Assembly (NCBI GenBank): GCA_002269645.1
Contig: NIVC01002211.1
Coordinates: 128,045 to 192,044 of the forward strand
Origin: Macrostomum lignano
Lineage: Eukaryota
Reading direction: 5' to 3'
Length of the DNA stretch: 64,000 nucleotides
Made by a program: the position numbers and the translations under genes. Positions 11,701 through 23,549 of the stretch are shown in pieces. Each line of letters begins with the position of its first letter. Within the stretch, counting starts at the first letter, position 1. The notes under the pieces are model-generated. The model had not been told where the DNA came from. It saw only the letters and a program-made list of their open reading frames with translations, and ran no database searches.

Positions 11701-14700
11701 CCCAGATCCCTAATCTCACTCTTAGATCCCTAATCTCACTCTCAGATACCTAATCTCACTCTCAGATACCTAATTTCACTCTCAGATCCCTAATCTCACT
11801 CTCAGATCCCTAATCTCACTCTCAGATCCCTAATCTCACTCTCAGATACCTAATTTCACTCCCAGATCCCTAATCTCACTCTTAGATCCCTAATCTCACT
11901 CTCAGATGCCTAATCTCACTCTCAGATCCCTAATCTCACTCTCAGATCCCTAATCTCACTTTCAGATGCCTAATCTCACTCTCAGATCCCTAATCTCACT
12001 TTAAGATGCCTAATCTCACTCTCAGATCCCTAATCTCACTCTCAGATGCCTAATCTCACTCTCAGATGCCTAATCTCACTCTCAGATCCCTAATCTCACT
12101 CTCAGATGCCTAATATCACTCTCAGATCCCTAATCTCACTTCCCAATCCCTAATCTCACTGTCAGATCCCTAATCTCACTCTCAGATCCCTAATATCACT
12201 GTCAGATCCCTAATCTCACTTCCCAATCTCACTTCCTAATCTCACTCTCAGATCCCTAATCTCACTTCCCAATCTCTAATCTCACTCTCAGATCCCTAAT
12301 CACAATCTCAGATCCTTAATATCACTCTCAAATCCCTAATTTCACCCTCAGATCCCTAATCTCACTCTCAGATCCATAATCTCACTTTCAAATCCCTAAT
12401 CTCACTCTCAGATCCCTAATCTCACTGTCAGATCCCTAATCTCACTGTCAGATCCCTAATTTCACTCTCAGATCCCTAATCTCACTCTCAGATCCCTAAT
12501 CACAATCTCAGATCCTTAATATCACTCTCAAATCCCCAATTTCACCCTCAGATCCCTAATCTCACTCTCAGATCCCTAATCTCACTTTCAGATCCCTAAT
12601 CTCACTCTCAGATCCCTAATCTCACTCTCAGATCCCTAATCTCACTTTCAGATCCCTAATCTCACTCTCAGATCCCTAATCTCACTTTCAGATCCCTAAT
12701 CTCACTCTGAGATCCCTATTCTCAATTCCCAATCTCTAATTTCTCTCAGATCCCCAGAATCTTTTCCAGCTCCAATGTCTTGGCTTCATCAGTTAATTGT
12801 CACGCCTAAACGCGAGGGAAGTCTCACCTTTTAGAATGCCGCTCCAGACCGCGCAGCAGGTGGGCCCAGTCGAACTCGGACTGGCCGCGCCGAAAGTACA
12901 GCCGCCATCGACAGTCCACGCCGGCCAAGCCGAAAGCTGACCGGTCGTCCGGCCTGGCGAGCAGGCGCGACTTGTTCAGCGCGTTGAGCACCAGAGGCGC
13001 TGGCAGGCCGATCTCGTGGATTGCGATTCGCTGCTGATCGAGACTGAACTTGCCAAAGTCTACCAGATCGGTGTAGGCGTCCTTGAGCATCGTCCTGCTG
13101 TCTGCAGAGTAGGTTTAGGTGGCTCAGATAGTAGGAATGGCACTCAGATAGTAGGAATGGCACTCAGATAGTAGGAATGGCACTCAGATAGTAGGAATGG
13201 CACTCAGATAGTAAGAATGGCACTCAGATAGTAAGAATGGCACTCAGATAGTAGGAATGGCACTCAGATAGTAGGAATGGCACTCAGATAGTAGGAATGG
13301 CACTCAGATAGTAGAAATGGCACTCAGATAGTAGGAATGGCACTCAGATAGTAAGAATGGCACTCAGATAGTAAGAATGGCACTCAGATAGTAGGAATGG
13401 CACTCAGATAGTAGGAATGGCACTCAGATAGTAGGAATGGCACTCAGATAGTAGAAATGGCACTCAGATAGTAGATATGGCACTCAGATAGTAAGAATGG
13501 CACTCAGATAGTAAGAATGGCACTCAGATAGTAGGAATGGCACTCAAATAGTAGAAATGGCACTCAGATAGTAGGAATGGCACTCAGATAGTAGAAATGG
13601 CACTCAGATAGTAGAAATGGCACTCAGATAGTAGGAATGGCACTCAGATAGTAGAAATGGCACTCAGATAGTAGGAATGGCACTCAGATAGTAGGAATGG
13701 CACTCAGATAGTCGGAATGGCACTCAGATAGTAGAAATGGCACTCAGATAGTAGATATGGCACTCAGATAGTAAGAATGGCACTCAGATAGTAAGAATGG
13801 CACTCAGATAGTAGGAATGGCACTCAAATAGTAGAAATGGCACTCAGATAGTAGGAATGGCACTCAGATAGTAGAAATGGCACTCAGATAGTAGAAATGG
13901 CACTCAGATAGTAGGAATGGCACTCAGATAGTAGAAATGGCACTCAGATAGTAGGAATGGCACTCAGATAGTAGGAATGGCACTCAGATAGTCGGAATGG
14001 CACTCAGATAGTAGAAATGGCACTCAGATAGTAGGAATGGCACTCAGATAGTAGAAATGGCACTCAGCTAGTAGGAATGGCACTCAGATAGTAGGAATGG
14101 CACTCAGATAGTAGGAATGGCACTCAGATAGTAGGAATGGCACTCAGATAGTAGGAATGGCACTCAGATAGTAGGAATGGCACTCAGATAGTAGGAATGG
14201 CACTCAGATAGTAGAAATGGCACTCAGATAGTAGGAATGGCACTCAGATAGTAGAAATGGCACTCAGATAGTAGGAATGGCACTCAGAAAGTAGGAATGG
14301 CACTCAGATAGTAGAAATGGCACTCAGATAGTAGAAATGGCACTCAGATAGTAGGAATGGCACTCAGATAGTAGAAATGGCACTCAGATAGTAGGAATGG
14401 CACTCAGATAGTAGGAATGGCACTCAGATAGTAGGAATGGCACTCAGATAGTAGAAATGGCACTCAGATAGTAGAAATGGCACTCAGATAGTAGGAATGG
14501 CACTCAGATAGTAGAAATGGCACTCAGATAGTAGGAATGGCACTTAGGAGTGGCGCCAAGATGATAGGAGTGGCGCTAAGATGATGGGAGTGGCTGATAG
14601 GAGTGGCGCCAAGATGATAGGAGTGGCTGATAGGAGTGGCGCCAAGATGATAGGAGTGGCGCCAAGATGATAGGAGTGGCGCCAAGATGATAGGAGTGGC

Positions 14701-17700
14701 GCCAAGATGATGGGAGTGGCTGATAGGAGTGGCGCCAAGATGATAGGAGTGGCTGATAGGAGTGGCGCCAAGATGATAGGAGTGGCGCCAAGATGATAGG
14801 AGTGGCGCCAAGATGATAGGAGTGGCGCCAGGATGATAGGAGTGGCGCCAAGACGATAGGAAGCCAGTGCTGGCATCTAAGAAAAATTACCTTCCACCTT
14901 CCCTCCTCACCTTCCACCTGCTCGCACCGGGCCCGACAGAAATCCCAAGCGAACTGGAATTTGCAAAACTCGCTGATCCGTCCGAACTCGTGCCGACTGC
15001 TCAACAGGTCGACGACAAACTCCGGCCGAACGTTGTCCACCGTGAGGGTCGGATAGCTATCGTCGTCGGTTTTGGTTGTCGCCGCCGTCGCTCGGGCGGC
15101 AACAGCGGCTTTGACAAACAGATCGCTCCGCAGTCTTCGACCTCTCGCGAGCATTCGCTGCCAGACGAATTCTCTGGGGTTTGCTGCACCTGCTGCCGTC
15201 GGCAACCGGAGCTTCGGGTCGATGCTCACCAACTCGCCAGACTTTGCGGCGTCAACGGCGCGGGAGAACAGACGGCCGAGTTCACAGCACTGCCAGCAGT
15301 CCGGCCCCAGGCTGTCTGCCCAGCTCTTGTACAGAGTGTCGATTTCTGACGTGACAGCATGAAATTTATTCTGGCTGGCAAAGTGCCGGATAAGATCATT
15401 TTTTGTCGGCGGCCTGACAGATGCAGGCACCTCGGCAGCTGGGTAGTGGTACGGCTCAGCTTGATGCAGAGGCAACAGGTCTGCGGGATGAGGATCCTCA
15501 ACTCATTATCTTTGCGCTCTTAATTAGAAACATCTTGGCTACTCTATAGAGTACACTTCAGCCACTTTTCAAAATAAATTTTAGCCGCTCGTAAGAATAC
15601 ACCTAGGCCACTCTATAAAGTACACTCTTTAAAGTACATCTCCACTACACTTTAGAGTAAATTTAGCCACTCTTTAAAGTACAACTCGGCCAATCTTTAA
15701 AGTACATTTATCCACTCTTTAAAGTACATCTCGACCACTCTTTAAAGTACATCTCGACTACTCTTTAAAAGTGCAATTAAACGCTTTTAAAGTACATTTT
15801 AGCCTCCTTTTACAGTACATCTCAGACAGCACAGCGAATACACACACAATGATCAAGCAACTGGGTCTCCTCACCGGGATCCCAGCACACAAAGAATTGA
15901 TCCCCGTCCAGGTCGGAGCCGGAAATCTCGCTAGGATGCGACCGCGGTCCCCGCACCGGGAACACGATGCAGTCCACCAGGTGGTTCAGCGCCGCCAGTC
16001 CCGGCTTGTCCTCGTCAGTGACAGCCAGAAGCACCCGAACGTCGCCCAGCAGGTAGCAGGGACTCTTCGTCACCACAACCTGACCGCGCAGACTCAGCGG
16101 CGAGCCGCCGTCAGTGATCCGGACGAAGCATTCGCCGTATTCTAACAGCTGCTCATTGGTTTGGTCGCAGACTCCGAACAGGTTGCGGGACAGCGGCACC
16201 AGGATGTGCAGGCGGTCGCAGCGTTCAAGCAGCTTCGATTGAAAGCTGGCGAGTCTGGCGCGCAGAATTTTGTGCCTCTGCGCCATGGCGTCCTGAGATT
16301 TTGATGATGTAGGATGAACTGGGAGTCTGGATCCTTCAAGTCAGAACAGACATGAATCTCACTAATCACCTGAGAGCCGGACAATGCCTAATGATGAATC
16401 TCTCTAATCACCTTAGTGCTAGACAATGCCTAATGATGAATCTCTCTAATCACCTTGGTGCTAGACAATGCCTAATGATGAATCTCTCTAATCACCTTAG
16501 TGCTAGACAATGCCTAATGATGAATCTCTCTAATCACCTTAGTGCTAGACAATGCCTAATGATGAATCTCTCTAATCACCTTAGTGCTAGACAATGCCTA
16601 ATGATGAATCTCTCTAATCACCTTAGTGCTAGACAATGCCTAATGATGAATCTCTCTAATCACCTGAGAGCCGGACAATGCCTAATGATGAATCTCTCTA
16701 ATCACCTGAGAGCTGGACAATGCCTAATGATGAATCTCTCTAATCACCTGAGAGCTGGACAATGCCTAATGATGAATCTCTCTAATCACCTGAGAGCCGG
16801 ACAATGCCTAATGATGAATCTCTCTAATCACCTGAGAGCCGGACAATGCCTAATGATGAATCTCTCTAATCACCTGAGAGCCGGACAATGCCTAATGATG
16901 AATCTCTCTAATCAACTGAGAGCTGGACAATGCCTAATGATGAATCTCTCTAATCACCTGAGAGCTGGACAATGCCTAATGATGAATCTCTCTAATCACC
17001 TGAGAGCCAGACAATGCCTAATAATGAATCTGTGTGCCCAGCAACAAAGAATATTCCACTCACGCTAATCAAGTCGGACCCGGCTGGCGCAGTCAGCGTC
17101 TCCTTGTGCATGCGCAGCAGCTGACTTGCCAGAAGGAATTCGCCTCGCCAGCGCAGCACAGCGATGGCCGCTTCAGGATCCGTTGCCATGCGGCGGAGCC
17201 GGTCGAAGTGCTCAGACTGGCGGGCCAGGAAGGCGGAGTCGGGCACGCCCAGGCCTGAGGGAGGGAGACGATGAGACAAAAGTTACACTTGGCTCTACTT
17301 GACTTAAATCACATGGTGCTCTACTCAATCTACCCGGTATTCTACTCAATCTACCCGGTATTCTACTCAATCTACCCGATATTCTACTTAATCTACCCGA
17401 TATTCTACCCGGTATTCTACTTAATCTACCCGGTATTCTACTTAATCTACCCGGTATTCTACTTAATCTACCCGGTATTCTACTTAATCTACCCGTTTTC
17501 TATTCTAGCAAATAGAACAGATATTTTTCCATTGACATACCCGAAAGCAAAGTAATAAACTGCCTGTTCAGCTGTCCGAAAGTGTAAGGTCGCGAATATT
17601 CGCACAGACTAATTTCCGAGTGCTTTTCGGTTTGAAATTTCAGCATCGACGGTCGAACTAGCATACGCGGCGCCGAGCCGAGACTGCGGTCCTGGGCCAG

Positions 17701-20700
17701 CACGCCTTTGTAGCCGCGGTAGCGGATCTGGGCGGCGGTTGACAACTTCGATGCTTAAATTACTTATAAATACCAAATATAGACGGAGTGGGGTGGCTGC
17801 AGATAAGGCAGGGAGTGGGGTGGCTGCAGATAAGGCAGGGAGTGGGGTGGCTGCAGATAAGGCAGGGAGTGGGGTAGCTGCAGATAAGGCAGGGAGTGGG
17901 GTGGCTGCATATAAGGCAGGGAGTGGGGTGGCTGCAGATAAGACAGGGAGTGGGGTGGTTGCAGATAAAACACGGAGTGGGGTGGCTGCAGATAAGGCAG
18001 GGAGTGGGGTGGCTGCAGATAAGGCAGGGAGTGGGGTGGCTGCAGATAAGGCAGGGAGTGGGGTAGCTGCAGATAAGACAGGGAGTGAGGTGGTTGCAGA
18101 TAAAACACGGAGTGGGGTGGCTGCATGGAAGGCAGGGAGTGGGGTGGCTGCATATAAGGCAGGGAGTGGGGTGGTTGCAGATAAAACACGGAGTGGGGTG
18201 GCTGCAGGTAAGGCAGAGTTAAGGTTAAATTTGCATTCAGATAGCCGTCCCCTAACCTGATAGACGGACGGTAGGGCAGCTTGGCGTGCAGCGGGTCCGT
18301 CGCCGTCTGCGCACCCCATGGACGCCAGGAACTCCTCGTCCGTGTCGTCGCCTTCGCCGAACACACCGGCGCAGATTTGACGAGCCAGCTCTGGACTGAC
18401 GCTGCCGCAGCCGTCGGTGAAACAACTGCGAGCGTTTTGAATGTCAGCAGCTTCGATCAGCCAGTCAGACGGAACCGTCACGTGACTGGGGCGGACAGAG
18501 CTGAATAGCAGGCCGATTCTGGCCTGGCGCTTGGGCACGCTTGGGATCGCCTGAGAATCACGCGGACGGATTTCAATTCATTTTAAGCATGCTATTTGCA
18601 ACAGAATTTGCAACTAGATAGTGACTCATTCCGTAAACTAATATGTGACTAGTTCCGTGAACTGATCAGTGACTCATTTCGTAAGCTAGACAGTGACCCA
18701 TTCCGTAAGCTAGGCAGTGACTCATTCCGTAAGCTAGACAGTGACCCATTCCGTAAGCTAGACAGTGACCCATTCCGTAAGCTAGGCAGTGACTCATTCC
18801 GTAAGCTAGACAGTGACTCATTCCGTAAGCTAGACAGTGACTCATCAACGAATACAAGAGAAACTCACTAGAAAGGGATTTACTTAAAATGGGCAAAAAT
18901 CTCACCTGAAACTCCCCGTGCGAGGCCAACACAGCCTCCGCATCGGAGGCGCCGCCCTGCCACAGGTAGCACTTGCGCTGCTTCAATCCGCCAGAGCTGC
19001 AGCCCAGATATGAGAATTGCTGCCCAGCAACTAGCAGCGAGTTTCCCTCTAGTAGAAAATGCTCCACAGTCGAGCTGGGCACCCGCTGTTCGAACTGCAA
19101 CAACAGAAGCCGATCGGGACCTTCAACATCTATCAATCGGTTCTCTACCAACTCCCAGGACTGTTTGGCGAAGTGCTCCGACACAGTCAGCACCCGGATT
19201 CGGTGCCCGCGCTGTCGCCGACTGCTCGACTGATTGTGGAGAAGCGACAACGGTACTTTGTTGCCGCAGTCCTGAGCTGACGGAGGCGGATCCACGTAGA
19301 AGGCCAGATGATGCAGAATCGACTGCTTGACAGCTGGCTTCTTCTTTTTGGCGCCCAGCTCGGCGTAGTGCTTCAGCGAGGCCGTTGCTAGGGGAAACTC
19401 GCCTTCGATTGCGCTGTTCAGGGATCTTTGGCGGATGAAGGGGATGGGGGTAAATTGAATAGTTTGATTGACAGCCCTGTCTGATGGACAGTAGTAATTT
19501 TCGGCCAGTTATGTACTTTTAATTTTACTCTCTTCTTTCGCTCTGATTACTCACATTCCACAGGTACTTCCCATTATTTTTTTCTCATTTCTTATCTATT
19601 GCGATTTCCTAATCTTTGCGTCTCATTACTCACGATTCCCTGATTCTCACATCTCATCATTCACGATTCCCAAATCATGTATCACCATTCACGATTACCT
19701 GATCCTCACGTCTCATCATTCACGATTCCCAAATCATGTATCACCATTCACGATTACCTGATCCTCACGTCTCATCATTCACGATTCCCAAATCATGTAT
19801 CACCATTCACGATTACCTGATCCTCACGTCTCATCATTCACGATTCCCAAATCATGTATCACCATTCACGATTACCTGATCCTCACGTCTCATCATTCAC
19901 GATTCCCAAATCATGTATCACCATTCACGATTACCTGATCCTCACGTCTCATCATTCACGATTCCCAAATCATGTATCACCATTCACGATTACTTGATCC
20001 TCACGTCTCATCATTCACGATTCCCAAATCCTCACTTATCGTCATTCACATTTTTAATGCTTCGGAGGGTCTCTAGAGCCTAGTTTGTTACAGATAGAAA
20101 GTTAAGCAAAGCCGGCTGTGGTTAGTACTTCACGCAGAGCTGCACTCACTTCGCCGCGGCAGCCAGGCCATCCTCAGTGGAAGCGTCAACAACCAGCCCC
20201 ATGAGTGGCACCAACAGGTGGTCGCACAGTTCAACGAATTCTTTCACATATTCCTCGTCAACCGCGGCGTTGAAGTCAACAACTGGACGGCGAATTAGCA
20301 CGACAAGGGAGCTGCGGTAGAGGGCGACGCTCTCGCCCAGCTGTCCGTCGACAATGTCGACGTCCGTTCGGCCATGCTCGAGCAGCAAGTCTAGCGCCGA
20401 ATTGGCGCTGGCAAAATCTGGCGCCATCGACTCCTCTTGGCGCCGAATTTCGGCCAGAGACGAATCGAAATTTTCGCATCGAGTTCGTCGAATCGTTCGC
20501 CGGCGACATCTGCGCAGAGCGTCGGAGTGGCGACACGCGGCCAGCAGACGGTCCTGAAGCTCTTCAAGGCTGCGACCGCAGAGAATCAGGCGCATGTGGG
20601 AGCTGCAAGATGTGGGGATGTAGGGTTTTATGGATGTAGGGATGCAGGGTTTTATCGATGTAGGGATGTAGGGTTTTATGGGTGTAGGGATGAAGGGTTT

Positions 20701-21810
20701 TATGGATGTAGGGATGCAGGGTTTTATGGATGTATGGATGTACCATGTAGGGTTTTATCGATGTAGGGATTTAGTGTTTTATGGATGTAGGGATGTAGGG
20801 TTTTATGGATGTAGGGATGTAGGGTTTATGGATGTAGGGATGTAGGGATGTTTTATGGATGTAGGGATGTAGGGATGTTTTTATTGATGTAGGGATGTAG
20901 GGTTTATGAATGTAGGGATGTAGGGTTTTATGGATGTAGGGATGTTGGGTTTTTTGGATGTAGGGATGTAGGGTTTATGGATGTAGGGATGTAGGGTTTT
21001 ATGGATGTAGGGATGTTGGGTTTTTTGGATGTAGGGATGTAGGGTTTATGGATGTAGGGATGTAGGGATGTAGTGATGTGGGGATGTAGGATTTTATGCA
21101 TGTAAGGCAGTAGAAATTGTAGGGTCGTGTAGATGCAGGGATGTAGGTTTGTAAGGATGCAGACACGTAAGGTAACGGATGCAGAGCTGTAGGGATGTAG
21201 GGCTGTTGACTAAACAATTATAAGCAAAAGCCCAATAATGTTTAGTTTAGCAGCTTAGATGACACTGATAAAGAAGCAGATAAATAAGTAACAGGTTAGA
21301 CTACAATGGTTTTAATTAATCATTAAAAATGAATAATTTATCTGTTGCGATTGTGTTAGACATTATTGCTCAGTATATATTTCCACTCTCTAAATAGAAT
21401 ATCAATGTTTAAACAATTTGAAATTCAAACAAAAACAAACAAAAAACGAAGTCCAACACCTAAAGACAAGAGTACCAGGGTAAATAAAACAAATAAAAGT
21501 TAGCAACAATATCTGGAAGTGCGGCGAATATTTTTATAACAGGCCGGAAAAAATCAGCCATTAGGGCAAGTGCGTTACTAAAAAATTGAGATAAAAAATG
21601 TTCTAGTCAGAGTATGGAATGTAATAACAATGCCTGGTATTAAGTATATAGCTGCTTTGTAAATAATACAACTATTGAGACACACTATACTAGCCCACCG
21701 TGACTGCTGCTAATGGAATGCTTTCGAATTTTTTTTTATTAAAAAATGAAATTTGCAAGCAAAACAATTACCTTAAAAAATCGATGAGATGGGAGGCAGA
21801 GGTGTATACA
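6185..21810 (-). CDS. Cellular RNA-dependent RNA polymerase (RNAi-type) fused to a C-terminal Upf1-like SF1 helicase and an RGG-repeat tail; 5' end unresolved
   Basis: Exons (minus): [21810-21772 tentative], 20569-20150, 19425-18906, 18550-18257, 17727-17541, 17254-17064, 16292-15875, 15480-14911, 13101-12828, 11190-10728, 10112-8880, 8023-6185. Every junction is GT..AG and phase-compatible (6448 nt in total, 2149 codons after the first partial codon). Junctions rebuild RdRP motifs: GEFQ/AIPSVPKRQARIGLLFS, PSVYQ/IRYRGYKG, LNRQFITLLS/GLGVP, GSDLDGDQFFVCWDP/DLLP. AATAAA overlaps the TAA stop. Confidence 0.88.
6190..6790 (-). repeat. 36-bp coding tandem repeat (SARGGRDQREWQ, ~16 units)
   Basis: In frame with the helicase with no stop until GGHYY*; poly(A) signal at the stop. 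Confidence 0.8.
6870..8023 (-). CDS. Upf1/DNA2/NAM7-like SF1 helicase domain (terminal exon), degenerate motifs
   Basis: LDASQRAA (Q motif), GPPGTGKS (7877-7900), CAQSDAALD, IDDANE, QHRM, SVDEFRGLE, FTRAR in the expected order. Confidence 0.88.
8050..8780. repeat. (GAT)n-based higher-order repeat filling intron 8024-8879
   Basis: (gat)n runs punctuated by the recurring unit gaagagaatggtgaggatgataataattatgataataat. Confidence 0.93.
10150..10702. repeat. 21-bp intronic minisatellite (tctagatctacaaaatcactg)
   Basis: Direct reading; lies inside intron 10113-10727. Confidence 0.95.
11240..12740. repeat. 20-bp intronic minisatellite (ctcagatccctaatctcact), ~70 copies
   Basis: Direct reading; inside intron 11191-12827. 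Confidence 0.95.
13121..14860. repeat. Two abutting 20-bp intronic minisatellites (cactcagatagtaggaatgg, ~70 copies; then ggagtggcgccaagatgata)
   Basis: Direct reading; the unit switches near 14540; inside intron 13102-14910. Confidence 0.95.
15200..19425 (-). CDS. RdRP catalytic domain exons (eukaryotic double-psi-barrel RdRP)
   Basis: FSYLGCSSGGLK, FTDGCG, QIRYRGYKG, RPSMLKF, TKSPCYLLGDVR, HLVDCIVFP, catalytic DLDGD at 15900-15914, LFSRAVDAAKSG. Confidence 0.95.
15540..15830. repeat. Degenerate intronic repeat (cactctttaaagtacat core)
   Basis: Recurrent ctttaaagtaca motif in intron 15481-15874. Confidence 0.75.
16352..17030. repeat. 42-bp intronic minisatellite, ~16 copies
   Basis: atgaatctctctaatcacctgagagccggacaatgcctaatg; inside intron 16293-17063. 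Confidence 0.95.
17330..17500. repeat. 21-bp intronic repeat (ctacccggtattctacttaat)
   Basis: Direct reading; inside intron 17255-17540. Confidence 0.9.
17785..18210. repeat. 27-bp intronic minisatellite (gcagggagtggggtggctgcagataag)
   Basis: Direct reading; inside intron 17728-18256. Confidence 0.93.
18615..18845. repeat. 24-bp intronic repeat (gtgactcattccgtaagctagaca)
   Basis: Direct reading; inside intron 18551-18905. Confidence 0.9.
19630..20045. repeat. 59-bp dimeric intronic minisatellite
   Basis: Unit starts at 19662 and 19721; each unit has two related cacgatt-headed subunits. Confidence 0.9.
20605..21200. repeat. gtagggat(gtagggttttatggat) minisatellite
   Basis: Direct reading. 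Confidence 0.9.
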
Positions 21811-21867
21811 CTGACAGGGCGGGTGATGTGAGATTCCTCTGTGGCTAACTAACTCTGATGGGTTAGG

Positions 21868-22450
21868 ATGGGCTGTGGGGGATGGGATGGGGCTGTGGGG
21901 AGTGGGATGGGGCTTTGGGGGTGGGATGGGGCTGTGAGGGATGGGATGGGGTTGTGGGGAGTGGGATGGGGCTGTAGGAGGAGTGGGATGGGGCTTTGGG
22001 GGATGGGATGGGGCTGTGGGGGATGGGATGGGGCTGTGGGGAGTGGGATGGGGCTGTGAGGAAGTGGGATGGGGCTGTAGGAGGAGTGGGATGGGGCTTT
22101 GGGGGATGGGATGGGGCTGTAGGGGAGTGGGATGGGGCTTTGGGGGAGTGGAATGGGGCTTTGGGGAGTGAGAAGTGGGATGGGGCTTTAGGGGAGAGGG
22201 ATGGGGCTGTAGGCGGAGTGGGATGGGGCTGTAGGCGGAGTGGGATGGGGCTGTAGGCGGAGTGGGATGGGGCTGTAGGGGGAGTGGGATGGGGCTTTAG
22301 GGAGGGGGATGGGGCTGTAGGGGGAGTGGGATGGGGCTGTAGGGGGAGTGGGATGGGGCTGTAGGGGAGTGGGATGGGGCTTTAGGGAGGGGGATGGGGC
22401 TGCAGGGGAGTGGGATGGGGATGTAGGGGCAGTGGGATGGGGCTGTGAGG
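21868..22450. repeat. G-rich minisatellite (gggatggggctgtagggggagt), G-quadruplex-prone
   Basis: Dense runs of 3-5 G separated by short loops. Confidence 0.9.
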
Positions 22451-23549
22451 TAGGGAGGGGGCTTATTTGCAGAAAAATGCACAGACCGTGAGATTAATAA
22501 CACCTGCATAATTATGAGTATAGAGGCGAACATTACACAACATTTCAGCATGCATTCAAGTTGCAAATCCGATAAAACGATATTAGAGAAAAATTATTTA
22601 AAAAAACAAAAGTTAAACTCAGAAACCAAAAAGAGTAAAATAAACTTTAAAGATTGTTAGACCGCAATATCCAATGTATCAACAGTGAATAAAATTCTCA
22701 TCAAAGAAAGTAAACAGTTTACAACTGGAAGGCAACCTTAAGTATCAATTGTAAAAAATAGCTTATTTTATGATTTCACGAAACCGAAACTACTCATGCG
22801 ATAGTAGTATGTTCAGCAGTTTAAGAGTTCAATTAATCAATAGCTCAATAACGGGGTTACTTTTGTCATAACCTGGGTCAGATTATTAAATTTGTATTAG
22901 AAAATTCATCAAAAATTAACAAAAATTGATAATAAATAATAATATCAAAAAGAAGAGATTATAAACGTTATTTTCTGACAAGACGAAAGAAATTACATAG
23001 CAGAAAGATCGAAAAAGTACAAAGACCGGAATGACTATATCTGTTTCTAATTGACGGTTTTAAATTAGAAAAAAAGTTGTTTTTAAAAGTCCAAAAGTCC
23101 TTACTGTGCTACTAACAGTAAGGAAAAAGGAAAAAAAATCATTAAAAATTCGAAATTCCATCAACAAGGCGAAACACAGGGCCAAATTCTCTGTTAATTT
23201 TTAAAAAAGGCGCGAAATATTTAGGAAAAACATTAAAACAAATTATGATGTGGCCAGATTGTGGGAGATTGCGGACTGTACGATCGAGAATGGTTAGAAT
23301 GTTGTCTACAGCCAGCAAAAAAATTTGATCAGAGAGAGGAAAACTTCGACACCAGACTAGAAGTGAAAGCAAAATGGGATTCTTTAATCTGCATTAAGAA
23401 AATATTTTCAAAATTAAAAATTGTGTCAGTTGTTAAACGGTACGAGAATTAGGATCTGGGAGTCTGAATTTATGTAATCGGATTTTCAGCAGCAAATCCA
23501 AATAATATATGGGAGATTTATCCAAGGAATATTTAGGAGATTTTATCCA

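Noticed and set aside
14911-19425. Endogenous viral RdRP
   Set aside because: The motifs (DLDGD, FTDGCG, QIRY.G.KG) belong to the cellular double-psi-barrel family, not the viral palm-domain GDD type, and the gene has many spliceosomal introns.
23142-23452. Short overlapping ORFs as a possible RdRP first exon
   Set aside because: No recognisable homology, and I found no convincing phase-2 donor.
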